From contig OZ076418.1 in NCBI GenBank assembly GCA_964187785.1, forward strand, positions 36,394,001-36,458,000: a stretch of 64,000 nucleotides of DNA, read 5' to 3'. The notes beneath the pieces were generated by a model. That model was not told the DNA's origin. It saw nothing but the letters and a program-made list of their open reading frames with translations, and ran no database searches. Of the stretch, positions 13,811 through 24,161 are shown in pieces. The position numbers and the translations under genes were made by a program. Each line of letters opens with the position of its first letter. Position 1 is the stretch's first letter. Source of the DNA: Amphiscolops sp. MND2022. Lineage: Eukaryota.

Positions 13811-14438
13811 AGTGTAGGTAGGTTTTAAATTAGTGGTGTTCCTGACTAATTTTTATTCCTTTTCCAGGTGACGCAGTCGACTTTTTTCTGCATACAGGTA
13901 GTATTTGGTAACAGGTTACGTCTGGTTTGTGGTATTTTGGTAAGCAGAAGGTAGTTTCAGAAGGTAAGTATATTTTTCTCTGTCCTGTTCTTTTTAGAGG
14001 GGGTCCCATGGACCTCGCTGACGGTTGCAAATGTGTAGGGCAACCTGAGGCGAAAGGTGTAGATCTGCCTTAAGGGGCGGTGAGGTAAAATAAAAAACTA
14101 ATTAAGGTCCGATTGTTTAATCCTTCTTTAAACTGAGCTGTTTTGCTTGTGTCATGTTCTTGTATTATTCGAATGTTTTAAATTTGATTAAGTTACTGAA
14201 GTGTAACATGAATGTCTCAATTCCTAGGCTTTCTTTCTTCTAACAATTAATTCACATTGTTGTGTTAATTGTATGTGTTTTACAGGTTCGACGCCGAGGG
14301 ATAGCAAACTACGAAGATCAAAATGGTATACATTATTAACAGCTGTGTTTATCTCATTATTTTACTTTATTTCATTCCCTAAATTAAAATTGACTTTTAA
14401 TACATGATTGTTTTCTGTTTTGCACATCATTTTTAATT

Positions 14439-14731
14439 GGCATGAGTAATACTCGGCCTCCACCATTTAAGTTTCTGTTACTTTTTATTCGGCATGAGCA
14501 ATGCTCGGCTATTTTTAAAATTAAACTTTAGGACTTGAACGTTTTCTGTTCTGTACATCATCTTTAATCAGCATGAGTAACAGTAGGCCTCGATCGTTTA
14601 AATTTGTCTTTTTATTTGGCATGAGCAATGCTCGGCCTTGGTTTTGACATACAATTCTAGCAGGTTTTCAACAAACGGTAAAACGATTCGAGAATTTTGT
14701 AAGATTTTACGGCATGAGTTATACTTGGCCT
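14439..14731. repeat. Five copies of a ~20-nt GCATGAGY-AAT-RCTCGGC motif
   Basis: Copies at 14439, 14491, ~14570, 14618, 14711. Two are intact GAGC-AAT-GCTC, one is GAGT-AAT-ACTC and two are degenerate. Confidence 0.75.
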
Positions 14732-15429
14732 CATTTGTTTGGAAATTTTCTTTTAATGATTTACCTGGTTTGTTGCGCGAGTTCATGTACGTTGTCAAAA
14801 TGATCTGTCTTTTATTTCAAGTAGTTATGTTGAAGTACAATGTTATTGGAGCAAGTTCCTTAGACGGAACGAAACACCATTTGGGCTTGACCAAGGACCA
14901 GTTGAATCAAATTAAGTCTGAACCCGGGATGGCGTTCACAAGAAATGTTAAAGGCCATCCCAACAAAAACTTGATGAATGCCCTTAAGGATGCAAACTTC
15001 AACAATGGTAGACCAACCATCATTTGGCACGATGCGATCAATAATTCATTGTCAAATTTCAAAGAGAGTGTGGCTCTTAATAAAACGGAGTTGTACAATT
15101 TTCTGGAGGAATCTCGTGCTTATGGTGTCGTAGCCTTCCTTTTTTTCCTCAGAAATGATTCCATCATTGATTTGAGTTCTTGCCTCCCAGATGTATCACC
15201 GCCAGGAATCATTTACGTTGATATGAAAAGGTATCTGCCACCAGACTACAAATTCTACGATTCAGCAGTTCCGCATCCTAACAAAAACTTGGAAATCAAA
15301 TGTTTTGAGATCTTGCAGCAATGCGAAAGTTTAATGGAACTAACCAAACGCCCTGAAAAACGGCGAATTCCTGGTAAAAATCGGCCGTCAAAGAGAAAGT
15401 ATCTCGAAAAATTAAATTTCAATCAATAG
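14638..15429 (+). CDS. SGNH/GDSL-hydrolase-like protein; likely start is ATG 14827 (~200 aa)
   Basis: Motif order IGASSL (block I-like), IIWHDAINN (block III-like), YDSAVPHPN (block V DxxH-like). Motif resemblance only, no search run. Confidence 0.5.
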   Translation: MVLTYNSSRFSTNGKTIREFCKILRHELYLASFVWKFSFNDLPGLLREFMYVVKMICLLFQVVMLKYNVIGASSLDGTKHHLGLTKDQLNQIKSEPGMAFTRNVKGHPNKNLMNALKDANFNNGRPTIIWHDAINNSLSNFKESVALNKTELYNFLEESRAYGVVAFLFFLRNDSIIDLSSCLPDVSPPGIIYVDMKRYLPPDYKFYDSAVPHPNKNLEIKCFEILQQCESLMELTKRPEKRRIPGKNRPSKRKYLEKLNFNQ

Positions 15430-15430
15430 T

Positions 15431-15555
15431 TTTGGTGTTGTTGCTTTTTTTGTTTTATGCAACTTTGAAGTTAGATTTCTGATTTGTTATCACTGGTGTT
15501 GTTGTTTTTATTGTTTTATGCAACTTTGAAGTTAGATTACTGAGTTGTTATCACC
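15431..15555. repeat. ~62-bp tandem duplication
   Basis: TGGTGTTGTTG...TTATGCAACTTTGAAGTTAGATT...TTATCAC occurs twice. Confidence 0.8.
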
Positions 15556-15942
15556 TATTTTATCCATTACTTTTAAACTCTCAACTGTTATTTTACGCAT
15601 TGTGACTTGTGTTTCATTGTTTCATATTTTGATAATGAGTTGAATTTATCAGTTTTGCGTTCTGATTTTTTGATGAACTTTTGTTAAAATTATGCGACAT
15701 TCAAAATACTTTCACAATAATTTAGATCTAAATGAAACGCTTTACATAAAGTGTTACTCAATGGCATACGTAAATTACGTAATTTATGAACTTTTTTTAA
15801 AAATAGGTAACTTTAAATTATTTTTCTGATTAAATTCTACGTCTACTTTTGACAATTTTACATATGGGCCTCTTGATTATTCTCTATGATTTGACTACAT
15901 TCAAAAGGTTTTATTGTCTTTCAGATTTTTGTCCTTTGTAAA

Positions 15943-18900
15943 ATGCCTCCTCGAAAGAGACGATCGGTAAGTAAATGTCCAAATTGTGGCATGTTTGCTA
16001 AAAGTCTGTCTGATTGCAACAACTGTAACCCTACCCAACACGTGAGTAGCCAACGGTCTGAGAATGAGCCAATCTCGGCCTCTACAGTTAACTCAACTTC
16101 GAGGCTTCAACAAAATCCACCAAGTGCACAATATTTCCCAAACATCACAGAAACTTGTAATGTGCCTTCAACCCAAGCCATCCCTTGTATTTTGAATCTA
16201 AAATTCCCTAGTCTGACAGAATTGGGTCACCGTCCTTTACATCAGGATGAATGTCACAAATGTCGTCGGGTTGGTTGTGGACCTCTGCAAGTGTTATCTG
16301 TCAACTTCACTGTTAAGCGTAGATTGGGGGCAAAGCTTCAATCCGAAGGAAATGTTCGAGTTTGCGATTTATGTCACCGGTTTATCAGTAGAGATCCTAC
16401 GTCAGATCGATGGGAAAACGGTTGGCCAGCGGCTCTTTTAACATGCCTAACGACTGATGAGAGACCAAGAATGGGAAATCACTTTTGGTTTTTCTTACCC
16501 CAGTCTCTCCAATTGTTTTGGCAGCATTTAATAACAAGCCCGATCACCACTTATATATCAACTTCCACATTCAATGACGTAACAGGTACTGTGGATCAAT
16601 TAGAGGAAACGAAAAAGAGAAATATTGGAGATGAAATTGAGGACTTTTACAATAAAACTGCTTTCCCTGATGTGAGATGTCCCTTCGGCTGCACCACTTT
16701 CAAGGATTTGGAATACAATGGACACATTTCAATGCAGCATTTCATAAATGGTGTTTTCCCGTCCTTCACTTTTTTTAATGCCGACTTTAGACAGTATCTG
16801 AGTGGAGTCCGACCGGATTGGTTGGATGAAGAAAACCACAATGGATTCGTAATCAAGCCTTCTTTGTATTTGAGTCGTCATCATGGTCTCCTTGTTGTAA
16901 CTTGTAAAGACCACAACGGAGGATCTCATCTCCAATATGTACATCCACCCAAAAATCCAGCAACTGGCATATTTCCACCGAAACATCCGGACAGACTTGC
17001 ACCCGCTGTCGTTCAGTCAAACGTCGCACGTCCGTTGAAAGCAAACTATTCCGTTCACACGTACTCGATCGTTGCTGAAAATATTGGATATACTGGAGCT
17101 AGCTCGCAACGAATCGGTCTAAAGAGAAAGTGGGACGTGAATGCAGAAGACACCATGCCAAGTGCCGAAGCCCTAAGTGCGAATAACAGATGTGACGTCA
17201 AACAATTGCTGGATGATTTGGTCGCAACTGGTGAGATATCCCAAACAATTAAAGAAAACATTTTGTCGAATCCATGCCCCAGCGATGCTGAAGTTCAAGA
17301 AGCGCTTAATTCGTCTACCAATATCCCACTGAAAGTAGCAATGAAAATGAAACGTCAAATTGAAAACCATCCCAACAATAAACTGTATCATGCTTTTTTC
17401 GCACAAACTCGAACTGACCATGGATGCCAACCTCCAAGCGTTCCTACGAACCTAGAGTCTTCTTTATGGTTCATTTTATCGTGTATGGCGATTAATTCGG
17501 ATTTTTGTACTTTGGTGAACGACAATGCCGTTTCAGGAAATGTAATATCTGAACATGTGTCTAAACTTGCGGCTAATTGTTTCAATTCCAATCCCACAAC
17601 AAGGCATTCGCAAAGAACCAAATCTGAACAATTCCTATTAGAATTTCTTCTAACTTCACAGGGTGCGAATATTGAGGAGCGAGCCACTAAATGGTTCCAG
17701 ACAATAACCCCTGATGTACATATGGTGGATGTTTCATCGAGGAATGATGTGGGAATTGCTATACAACAAGATGCATCAGCAATCGTGTTCAAATGTCGCA
17801 GCCGGAGTGAAATATCTGCCGAATTGCTCCCAAATGAAATAGTTTTTGGCGATTCCACATACGAACTTCGAATGCTAACATTTCTGAGTGACACATCACC
17901 AAGTATTTATACACGCCATGGATACAAAAATTGGGGATGGTGGAGATATGACTACACCAAGAAACGACCAACCATTCAAGATTTCGATAGCGATTTTTTC
18001 AAGGCCCATCAACGTTGGAACTTTTGTTTGTACATCAATGTGACCAAAACATCGGATTGGAGTTTTCGAGCCGAGTATCTTCAGTTTTTGGGCGGGCAAA
18101 GTACCATCGTTTGTAATGAACACAAGTCATTTTTGACTAAAAACCCACGAAAAACTGATTATAAATGTTCTGGGAAAAATTGCCAAAGGGTTGGAAAGTT
18201 CAGATGCGCATCCGATGGCTGTTCAGTAAGCATTTGCAAAAAACATTTCGAGTGCATATCATTATCCAACTGCTCAATGGTACATTTGAATCCAGATCAC
18301 GATAGAAATGATCTCTCTCTGTTTGAAAGAGAGCCTCTAGAAGATATAATCGATATACAGTCACAAAGTCAAAACAACAACCATCAAACAATTTGTGACA
18401 AAGAGGATGCTGATTGTGATAGTGATGAACTTTTAGAAAACATGGAAGAAATCGAACACCTTGAAACAACATCAGAACACTCCGGAACAGAAGATGACAT
18501 TTGGGATTTTCATGTTGAAAATGATGCAATGGAACAATTCCCACGGACAGTTCTTGAGATCGATGATTTCCACGACGACCAAGAATTTTCAGATTCCAGT
18601 TCCATCCCTATATTCGACATAAATTCAAACAATAAGTCCATTCCTTCGCACCTGCTGCTGAATACAGATTGTCATCTTTTGCGTCGAACTCGTCATCCAA
18701 TTAGAGGCACCGAACACAGTCGCCGAATGCTGCAAAATATTGTAGCTTCTTCGAAGGGATATAGTGTCCCACTGCTATACCCGGAAGCAATGCTCTTTTC
18801 TACTATTTTTTATAAAAGCGAAGAGGACGGTAGTTACCCTGGTTCCCTATGCAGTAGCTTGTTCTCAGAAGATCAAAACAAGAAGTTTGGTTTTGCCTCA

Positions 18901-21900
18901 GTGGTAGATCACATGACTACCCGTTTGAAGAATTGTTCCTTATTGTGCTCAACTGACGATAATTATATTCAATGGTTATTCGATGTCGTCTACAATTATT
19001 ACTTGGCAAACGTTCATTCTTCTCTCATTGTGGATCGCGGCTTGGAAGAAATTCCTAAGAAAGACAAATGTAAAACTGCTGGGGAGTCTGTACTAAAGTT
19101 TGATGAAGCAGATTCTCGCAGAAATGTAAATCAGTTATCCGCAATGATAGCTAATAAAGCCCCGACGTATTTCACAACGCACACTTGTAACATGGACGAA
19201 CATTTTGGAGTAACTCCTATTTTCAAAGCTTTGAAAGCCCGTCATGTTAATTCAACACATGAGAGATGGAAAGCAGCAGTGAAAGCAGAGATGGTCATAT
19301 TAACGAGGGCCTGGGAACGTGCTTCTAAAGCTCTAATGCGATATATTGAACACTCGCCTGAGCAACCGCTCGGCCAAGTCACCCAGCTTTGGTATCGCTA
19401 CGAGTTTCAAACGACAGCTGGCAATTTGCCACACATTCACGCTGTGATTTGGACAGATGAAAATAACCATGAATTCGCGGTACAGCGCAGGATAGTTTGT
19501 TCTGGAAAAGCGATCCGCAATGAAATACAAAATCTGCAACAGTTTTCCAAACCGCTACCCCAAAACGAGAAAGATCGAATATTTAAACTTGCCATCGCTA
19601 TTCAGTCACACGACTGTTCCAAAGCTAATTTCCGATGCCATAAAAAAACAAGGGACGATGGAACTCTCATCTGCCGTGTTCCCATATATCCAGCATCCCA
19701 TATTTATTCCTACATGCCCATTCGTGCTCCTCAAAGTAAAGAAGCTTTACTACTCATGCAACAACTTGATTTAGCATATCCAAGAGTAGGCGTTGATGAC
19801 GACTATGATGTTTGTTCAAGTCTGAAGGGGGGCAAGTTTATGTACCCTGCTGACATAGGCGAGCACCTTTCACCCCTCAACATCTGCCTGTTTCGTCTCA
19901 CAAAGTCAAGTATGAATGTACAAGTTAGCGACAGGTATCTGTGTGCAAGATACATTGCCAAATACGCGGCAGGCATTGAAGAACGTGCAACATCAAAGAT
20001 TGTCTCTGCAAATACAAATGACTCTTTAGCTGTCAATGTCCAACGAATTCACAACAAAAAAATCAGTGGTGTTACGGTAGGACTTAACAATTCCAAGGAA
20101 AGAAAACAAAGACATGTGGAAGCTCAAAACATTTGTCTTACGGAGTCTATTTGGTTCGTTCTCAACTTTCCTTACGTATATTGTTCGAAGGAATTTGTGA
20201 GATGTTCTACGTTGCCACGAGAGAATAGAGGAGGCATAGTAAAACGAAGGGAGAAAGAGGGACCCGGCTTTGAGACGAATGAATTATCGAGCTTTGCTAA
20301 TTCTATTCCGGGTAATTTTACAGATTCACAAAAACTGCTTATTTTAGATCTGACTACAAGCAAATTCCATGCTGACAAAATTTCTGTTTTTGGTATTCGT
20401 CCACCGGAATTGCTCGTTATAGATTCACCCTTGGAATATTTCAAGTTTTTTTATCGAAGTCCTAAGAAAAGCAACACGACCAGGGGTTGGATAGACGGTC
20501 TGAAAAGATCCGTTTACCTCAGATCTCAGTGCGCTGGAGAATTTGTTAAATACTGTAATTCCCGCCTGTCAACAGTAGTTGAAACTCATAAACTGATTCA
20601 ACTCAAGCAAATTGCCCAAAACTATCTTGATCATCAAATCAATGATGGTTATGTCATTGAAAATGTCAAGTCTGTCGAAATTGTTACGTCTAATGTGCTG
20701 CCGTTGAATCCATTGAAGTTTTGTGTTCATATTCTTTTTACTTTGGGACGTTTCACTACCGAGTATGATTTGTTCACCCAACCAACGTTGAAAAAATCTT
20801 TCGAAGTCGCTCGTTTAATTAGTGATGCGTCTAATGTGTCTGTAAACGAGGTTAATGCCATCACTAGGGATTATGCCTTGAGGTTTTTAATGTTCCTCCC
20901 CGGCGCTACAAGGTCATTTGACAAATACTTGCTCTCCGCTCACAAGATTCTGACTAACCTTCTCATTGAAAACGATTTGTACCTGAACAATGCACCAACT
21001 GTTCTCGAGCGGGATATAGTTGATGCATTCAATGAGGAAGTTGCTTTACATCTCGTAGATAAAAAAGAAAAACTAGTGAATGCACTTTTTCTCCAGACTG
21101 CGATTGTCGATAACTTTCCCAATGTAATAGACCTTGTCTGTTGTTCGAAGAATAACCCCATTATCTGGTCACCCCAAGTTTCACATAAAGCAGGACAAAC
21201 GAGAACGTCATATCAGAAGCAAGTTGAAACACTTCAAGTCGTGATTAATGAATTGAACGAGTTTGCTTGCGGTTCGAACACTTTTGTTAGGCACCAGTTG
21301 GTGGTTGGAAGACCCGGCAGCGGGAAAACAAGTGTTCTATTGGTTGCTTTGGCATTTGCCCTTAGTAAGGGCTTAGTCTGTGCCACAACTTGCCTTTCGG
21401 GTGAAAGAGCGCAATCGCTCGGAGGTGACCATTTACACTACTTAGCGTGTTTCCCAGTCTTAAAACACCTGAACGTTAATGTTCTCATCGAAAAATCTAT
21501 AAATGGTTTGTTGCATAACAGAAATCGTTTATGTTTTTTGGAACAACTTGACGTATTACTTTTTGATGAGTTTGGCATGCTTAACGCCGAGTTGTGGACT
21601 GCTTTCGACAAAGTAATGCAATGGGTTAAAGGAAACAGCCTTCCTTTCGGTGGAATTTTCTGTTTGCTCTCTGGAGACCCTAAACAGCTACCTCCACCCG
21701 AAGGCACCTCAATTTGGATTACTACCTCAATGTTAACTGATTACAAATTCTATTACTTCGCTGAGTACGTACGAGCTAGTCCCGGGCCACTTCAACAACT
21801 ATTAGAAATTTTAGACAAAACCGAATTAGATGATGATGAAGTAGCGACTCTTTGTGAACTCATAAAAAATAACTGCTCTTTTAGTGAAGATTGGGACGAC

Positions 21901-23178
21901 TCGGTATCCAATACCGACATCAAAATAGTTAGCACAAGGTTCGCTGAAAATAGTGCTCTCATTAGGCATCTTGCTGAAGTTTCTACATCGGACACTCCCT
22001 TTGTCAAAATGTCAGCACGCGACGAAGAAAGTATTAGTGGCTCTTCAGTTTGGAAACCAACGAATAAACAAGCTTCTGGTCAACTATCTTATAAATGTCT
22101 CGAACCTGAGGAACTGGTTTTATACAACGGAGCAATGCTGCGTGTCACTGCCAATATTAAGTCTATCAGTGTTGCTCAAGGAACTTTAGCGGTACTGTTA
22201 GACTTACCTTCTCCTTCTGCTGCTTCGTTCACAGTTTGGGTTGCGCCACCTGGAGTTCGTGACATTCCAACTTTGAAAACCAGATCGACTTTTGAAGGTA
22301 ATGGCTGGAGAGCAGTAGTTATTACAAGGCAAACTGGTAATGTGATTTCCTTCCAAAATGTATCCATCCGGCGAACGCAGTTTCCATTGAAAAATTATGT
22401 TTCCAGTACAATACACAAGGCCATTGGTTGCACCCTTACTTCCATTCAGACCAAAGTATCACCAACAGACCGCAAATATTCCATTTGGCACCGCGAACAA
22501 CTTCTTGTACTTTTGAGTCGTGTGCCAAACTTGAACAACATTACTTTCGTAGGTTCAAAAGATGATGTTATGCAAACCATCAAACTAGCTGTGAGACGAT
22601 CATCCCATCAAACTTCCTATGTTGATAGTTTCTTAAAAATGTTAATTTCAGAAGAGAGTCCAACGCGTGTTCAGTACATCAACTGTGAAACACTTCAATT
22701 TAAACCCTTCTATCGGAGTCTACCAACATCCAAATTCGGCTATGTTTATATACTTGTCAGTTGTCCCTATCCGTCATTAGTTTATGTTGGGGAAACCATA
22801 TGTCTGTCACGACGCTTATATGAGCATAATACCGGACGCGGAGCATCATTCACGGAGCCAATTCAACGACGGCCCTGGGGTGTTTTGGCCTACATTACGG
22901 GATTCGACACTGCCAACATGTCTGAAAATGAACGACAGCGAAGACAATTGGAACAGCAGATACATTCTGATGTTGCTTATTTTGCAAGAATAAATAGAAG
23001 ATCCCCAAGTCCCGAAGACATACTTAGCATTGCCCGACAATCAATCCACAACGCTTTTCCAAACAATATTCATCTTACATTACGTATTGTTGTTGTGGGG
23101 GAACTAACAAAGGCGGATACCCCTATTGCGGGAGCGCTCGGTGAACGCAGTGAAACCGGAGCTCCCGTCATGCATTGA
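15943..23178 (+). CDS. Helitron-type RepHel transposase: Cys/His zinc-finger N-terminus, HUH Rep, PIF1-family SF1 helicase and C-terminal GIY-YIG nuclease (2,411 aa, uninterrupted)
   Basis: Rep motif 1 PTYFTTHTCN (19162), motif 2 YEFQTTAGNLPHIH (HUH at 19432-19440), motif 3 YIAKY (19951-19965). Helicase GRPGSGKT (21307-21330), LLFDE (DE at 21565), GDPKQLPP (21673), TIHKAIG and VLLSRV. GIY-YIG GYVY...YVGET..LSRRLYEHN (22738 onward). Confidence 0.93.
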   Translation: MPPRKRRSVSKCPNCGMFAKSLSDCNNCNPTQHVSSQRSENEPISASTVNSTSRLQQNPPSAQYFPNITETCNVPSTQAIPCILNLKFPSLTELGHRPLHQDECHKCRRVGCGPLQVLSVNFTVKRRLGAKLQSEGNVRVCDLCHRFISRDPTSDRWENGWPAALLTCLTTDERPRMGNHFWFFLPQSLQLFWQHLITSPITTYISTSTFNDVTGTVDQLEETKKRNIGDEIEDFYNKTAFPDVRCPFGCTTFKDLEYNGHISMQHFINGVFPSFTFFNADFRQYLSGVRPDWLDEENHNGFVIKPSLYLSRHHGLLVVTCKDHNGGSHLQYVHPPKNPATGIFPPKHPDRLAPAVVQSNVARPLKANYSVHTYSIVAENIGYTGASSQRIGLKRKWDVNAEDTMPSAEALSANNRCDVKQLLDDLVATGEISQTIKENILSNPCPSDAEVQEALNSSTNIPLKVAMKMKRQIENHPNNKLYHAFFAQTRTDHGCQPPSVPTNLESSLWFILSCMAINSDFCTLVNDNAVSGNVISEHVSKLAANCFNSNPTTRHSQRTKSEQFLLEFLLTSQGANIEERATKWFQTITPDVHMVDVSSRNDVGIAIQQDASAIVFKCRSRSEISAELLPNEIVFGDSTYELRMLTFLSDTSPSIYTRHGYKNWGWWRYDYTKKRPTIQDFDSDFFKAHQRWNFCLYINVTKTSDWSFRAEYLQFLGGQSTIVCNEHKSFLTKNPRKTDYKCSGKNCQRVGKFRCASDGCSVSICKKHFECISLSNCSMVHLNPDHDRNDLSLFEREPLEDIIDIQSQSQNNNHQTICDKEDADCDSDELLENMEEIEHLETTSEHSGTEDDIWDFHVENDAMEQFPRTVLEIDDFHDDQEFSDSSSIPIFDINSNNKSIPSHLLLNTDCHLLRRTRHPIRGTEHSRRMLQNIVASSKGYSVPLLYPEAMLFSTIFYKSEEDGSYPGSLCSSLFSEDQNKKFGFASVVDHMTTRLKNCSLLCSTDDNYIQWLFDVVYNYYLANVHSSLIVDRGLEEIPKKDKCKTAGESVLKFDEADSRRNVNQLSAMIANKAPTYFTTHTCNMDEHFGVTPIFKALKARHVNSTHERWKAAVKAEMVILTRAWERASKALMRYIEHSPEQPLGQVTQLWYRYEFQTTAGNLPHIHAVIWTDENNHEFAVQRRIVCSGKAIRNEIQNLQQFSKPLPQNEKDRIFKLAIAIQSHDCSKANFRCHKKTRDDGTLICRVPIYPASHIYSYMPIRAPQSKEALLLMQQLDLAYPRVGVDDDYDVCSSLKGGKFMYPADIGEHLSPLNICLFRLTKSSMNVQVSDRYLCARYIAKYAAGIEERATSKIVSANTNDSLAVNVQRIHNKKISGVTVGLNNSKERKQRHVEAQNICLTESIWFVLNFPYVYCSKEFVRCSTLPRENRGGIVKRREKEGPGFETNELSSFANSIPGNFTDSQKLLILDLTTSKFHADKISVFGIRPPELLVIDSPLEYFKFFYRSPKKSNTTRGWIDGLKRSVYLRSQCAGEFVKYCNSRLSTVVETHKLIQLKQIAQNYLDHQINDGYVIENVKSVEIVTSNVLPLNPLKFCVHILFTLGRFTTEYDLFTQPTLKKSFEVARLISDASNVSVNEVNAITRDYALRFLMFLPGATRSFDKYLLSAHKILTNLLIENDLYLNNAPTVLERDIVDAFNEEVALHLVDKKEKLVNALFLQTAIVDNFPNVIDLVCCSKNNPIIWSPQVSHKAGQTRTSYQKQVETLQVVINELNEFACGSNTFVRHQLVVGRPGSGKTSVLLVALAFALSKGLVCATTCLSGERAQSLGGDHLHYLACFPVLKHLNVNVLIEKSINGLLHNRNRLCFLEQLDVLLFDEFGMLNAELWTAFDKVMQWVKGNSLPFGGIFCLLSGDPKQLPPPEGTSIWITTSMLTDYKFYYFAEYVRASPGPLQQLLEILDKTELDDDEVATLCELIKNNCSFSEDWDDSVSNTDIKIVSTRFAENSALIRHLAEVSTSDTPFVKMSARDEESISGSSVWKPTNKQASGQLSYKCLEPEELVLYNGAMLRVTANIKSISVAQGTLAVLLDLPSPSAASFTVWVAPPGVRDIPTLKTRSTFEGNGWRAVVITRQTGNVISFQNVSIRRTQFPLKNYVSSTIHKAIGCTLTSIQTKVSPTDRKYSIWHREQLLVLLSRVPNLNNITFVGSKDDVMQTIKLAVRRSSHQTSYVDSFLKMLISEESPTRVQYINCETLQFKPFYRSLPTSKFGYVYILVSCPYPSLVYVGETICLSRRLYEHNTGRGASFTEPIQRRPWGVLAYITGFDTANMSENERQRRQLEQQIHSDVAYFARINRRSPSPEDILSIARQSIHNAFPNNIHLTLRIVVVGELTKADTPIAGALGERSETGAPVMH

Positions 23179-23277
23179 ACTTTTCTTCTCGTCCGTGCAT
23201 TCTGATTTTTTGGTTCGAACGGCAATTCTTTTTATTCCCTGATTAAAATTAGCTCGGAAGATATAATATCACTGCCA

Positions 23278-23609
23278 GATGCAAACAAAAAGCAAGCCTC
23301 TTCTATGGTCTGAGACTTTTCTCGGCCTGCCTTTGTCTTTGATGCAATGTCACTCCGAACCATTGTTGATGCAATTAGAAAGCAAGCCTCCTCAATGGTC
23401 TGAGACTTTTCTCGGCCTGCCTTTGTCTTTGGTGCAATGTCATTCCGAACCCCATTGTTGATGCAATTAGAAAGCAAGCCTCCTCAATGGTCTGACACTT
23501 TTCTCGGCCTGCCTGTCTTTGGTGCAATGTCATTCCGAACTTCATTTTCGTTGCAAATAGAAAGCAAGCCTCTTCAATGGTCTGAGACTTTTCTCGGCCT
23601 GCCTTTGTC
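23278..23609. repeat. ~3.7 copies of a ~90-bp tandem repeat downstream of RepHel
   Basis: Unit starts at 23278, 23368, 23460, 23550. Each contains AAAGCAAGCCTC...TTTTCTCGGCCTGCCT. Confidence 0.9.
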
Positions 23610-24161
23610 TTACACTGTTAAAAACTCGCGTCAGAATTGTGTTCCAATAGGTGTCTGCCACTATCCTTGAAGCCTAATTTACATCAAAGCTCCGCTTCCT
23701 CTAAAACTGGTTTCATATTCATCCCTCATTCATATAAGCATGAAATATCCCACAATGGAGCTGCTTTGCGGTAAAACAAGTGTTGTTTGCGTCGGTTTTT
23801 GTTAGATAAATATGTTGCGTAATTAGTTTGTTTCATTACTATTGATTTTTTTACGTTGCACATCTGATGTATTTTTAGTTGTTGATAAAATAAGAAATTA
23901 TTTGAATTTCGCACTTTTCATTTTAATCTCCGGTAACGGAAACTATGTTCCCTTTTTAATGGATTGCTATTTCTTAACTTTTTGCTGTTGTTTTATGCAG
24001 CCACTGTTTTCAACTTTTACGTTTGTTTTCACAAAGTAATATCTTAATCATCAAAATTAACTCAGTTTTATAATTTTTATTCTTCCCAATTTCCTTCAGC
24101 ATTCAAAAATTCAACAGCTTCAGTAACAAAAAATCTGAATTTCCAAAAAATTTTTACTCAA

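Noticed and set aside
16247-23040. Many antisense and alternate-frame ORFs within RepHel
   Set aside because: These are shadows of a long coding sequence with no motifs.
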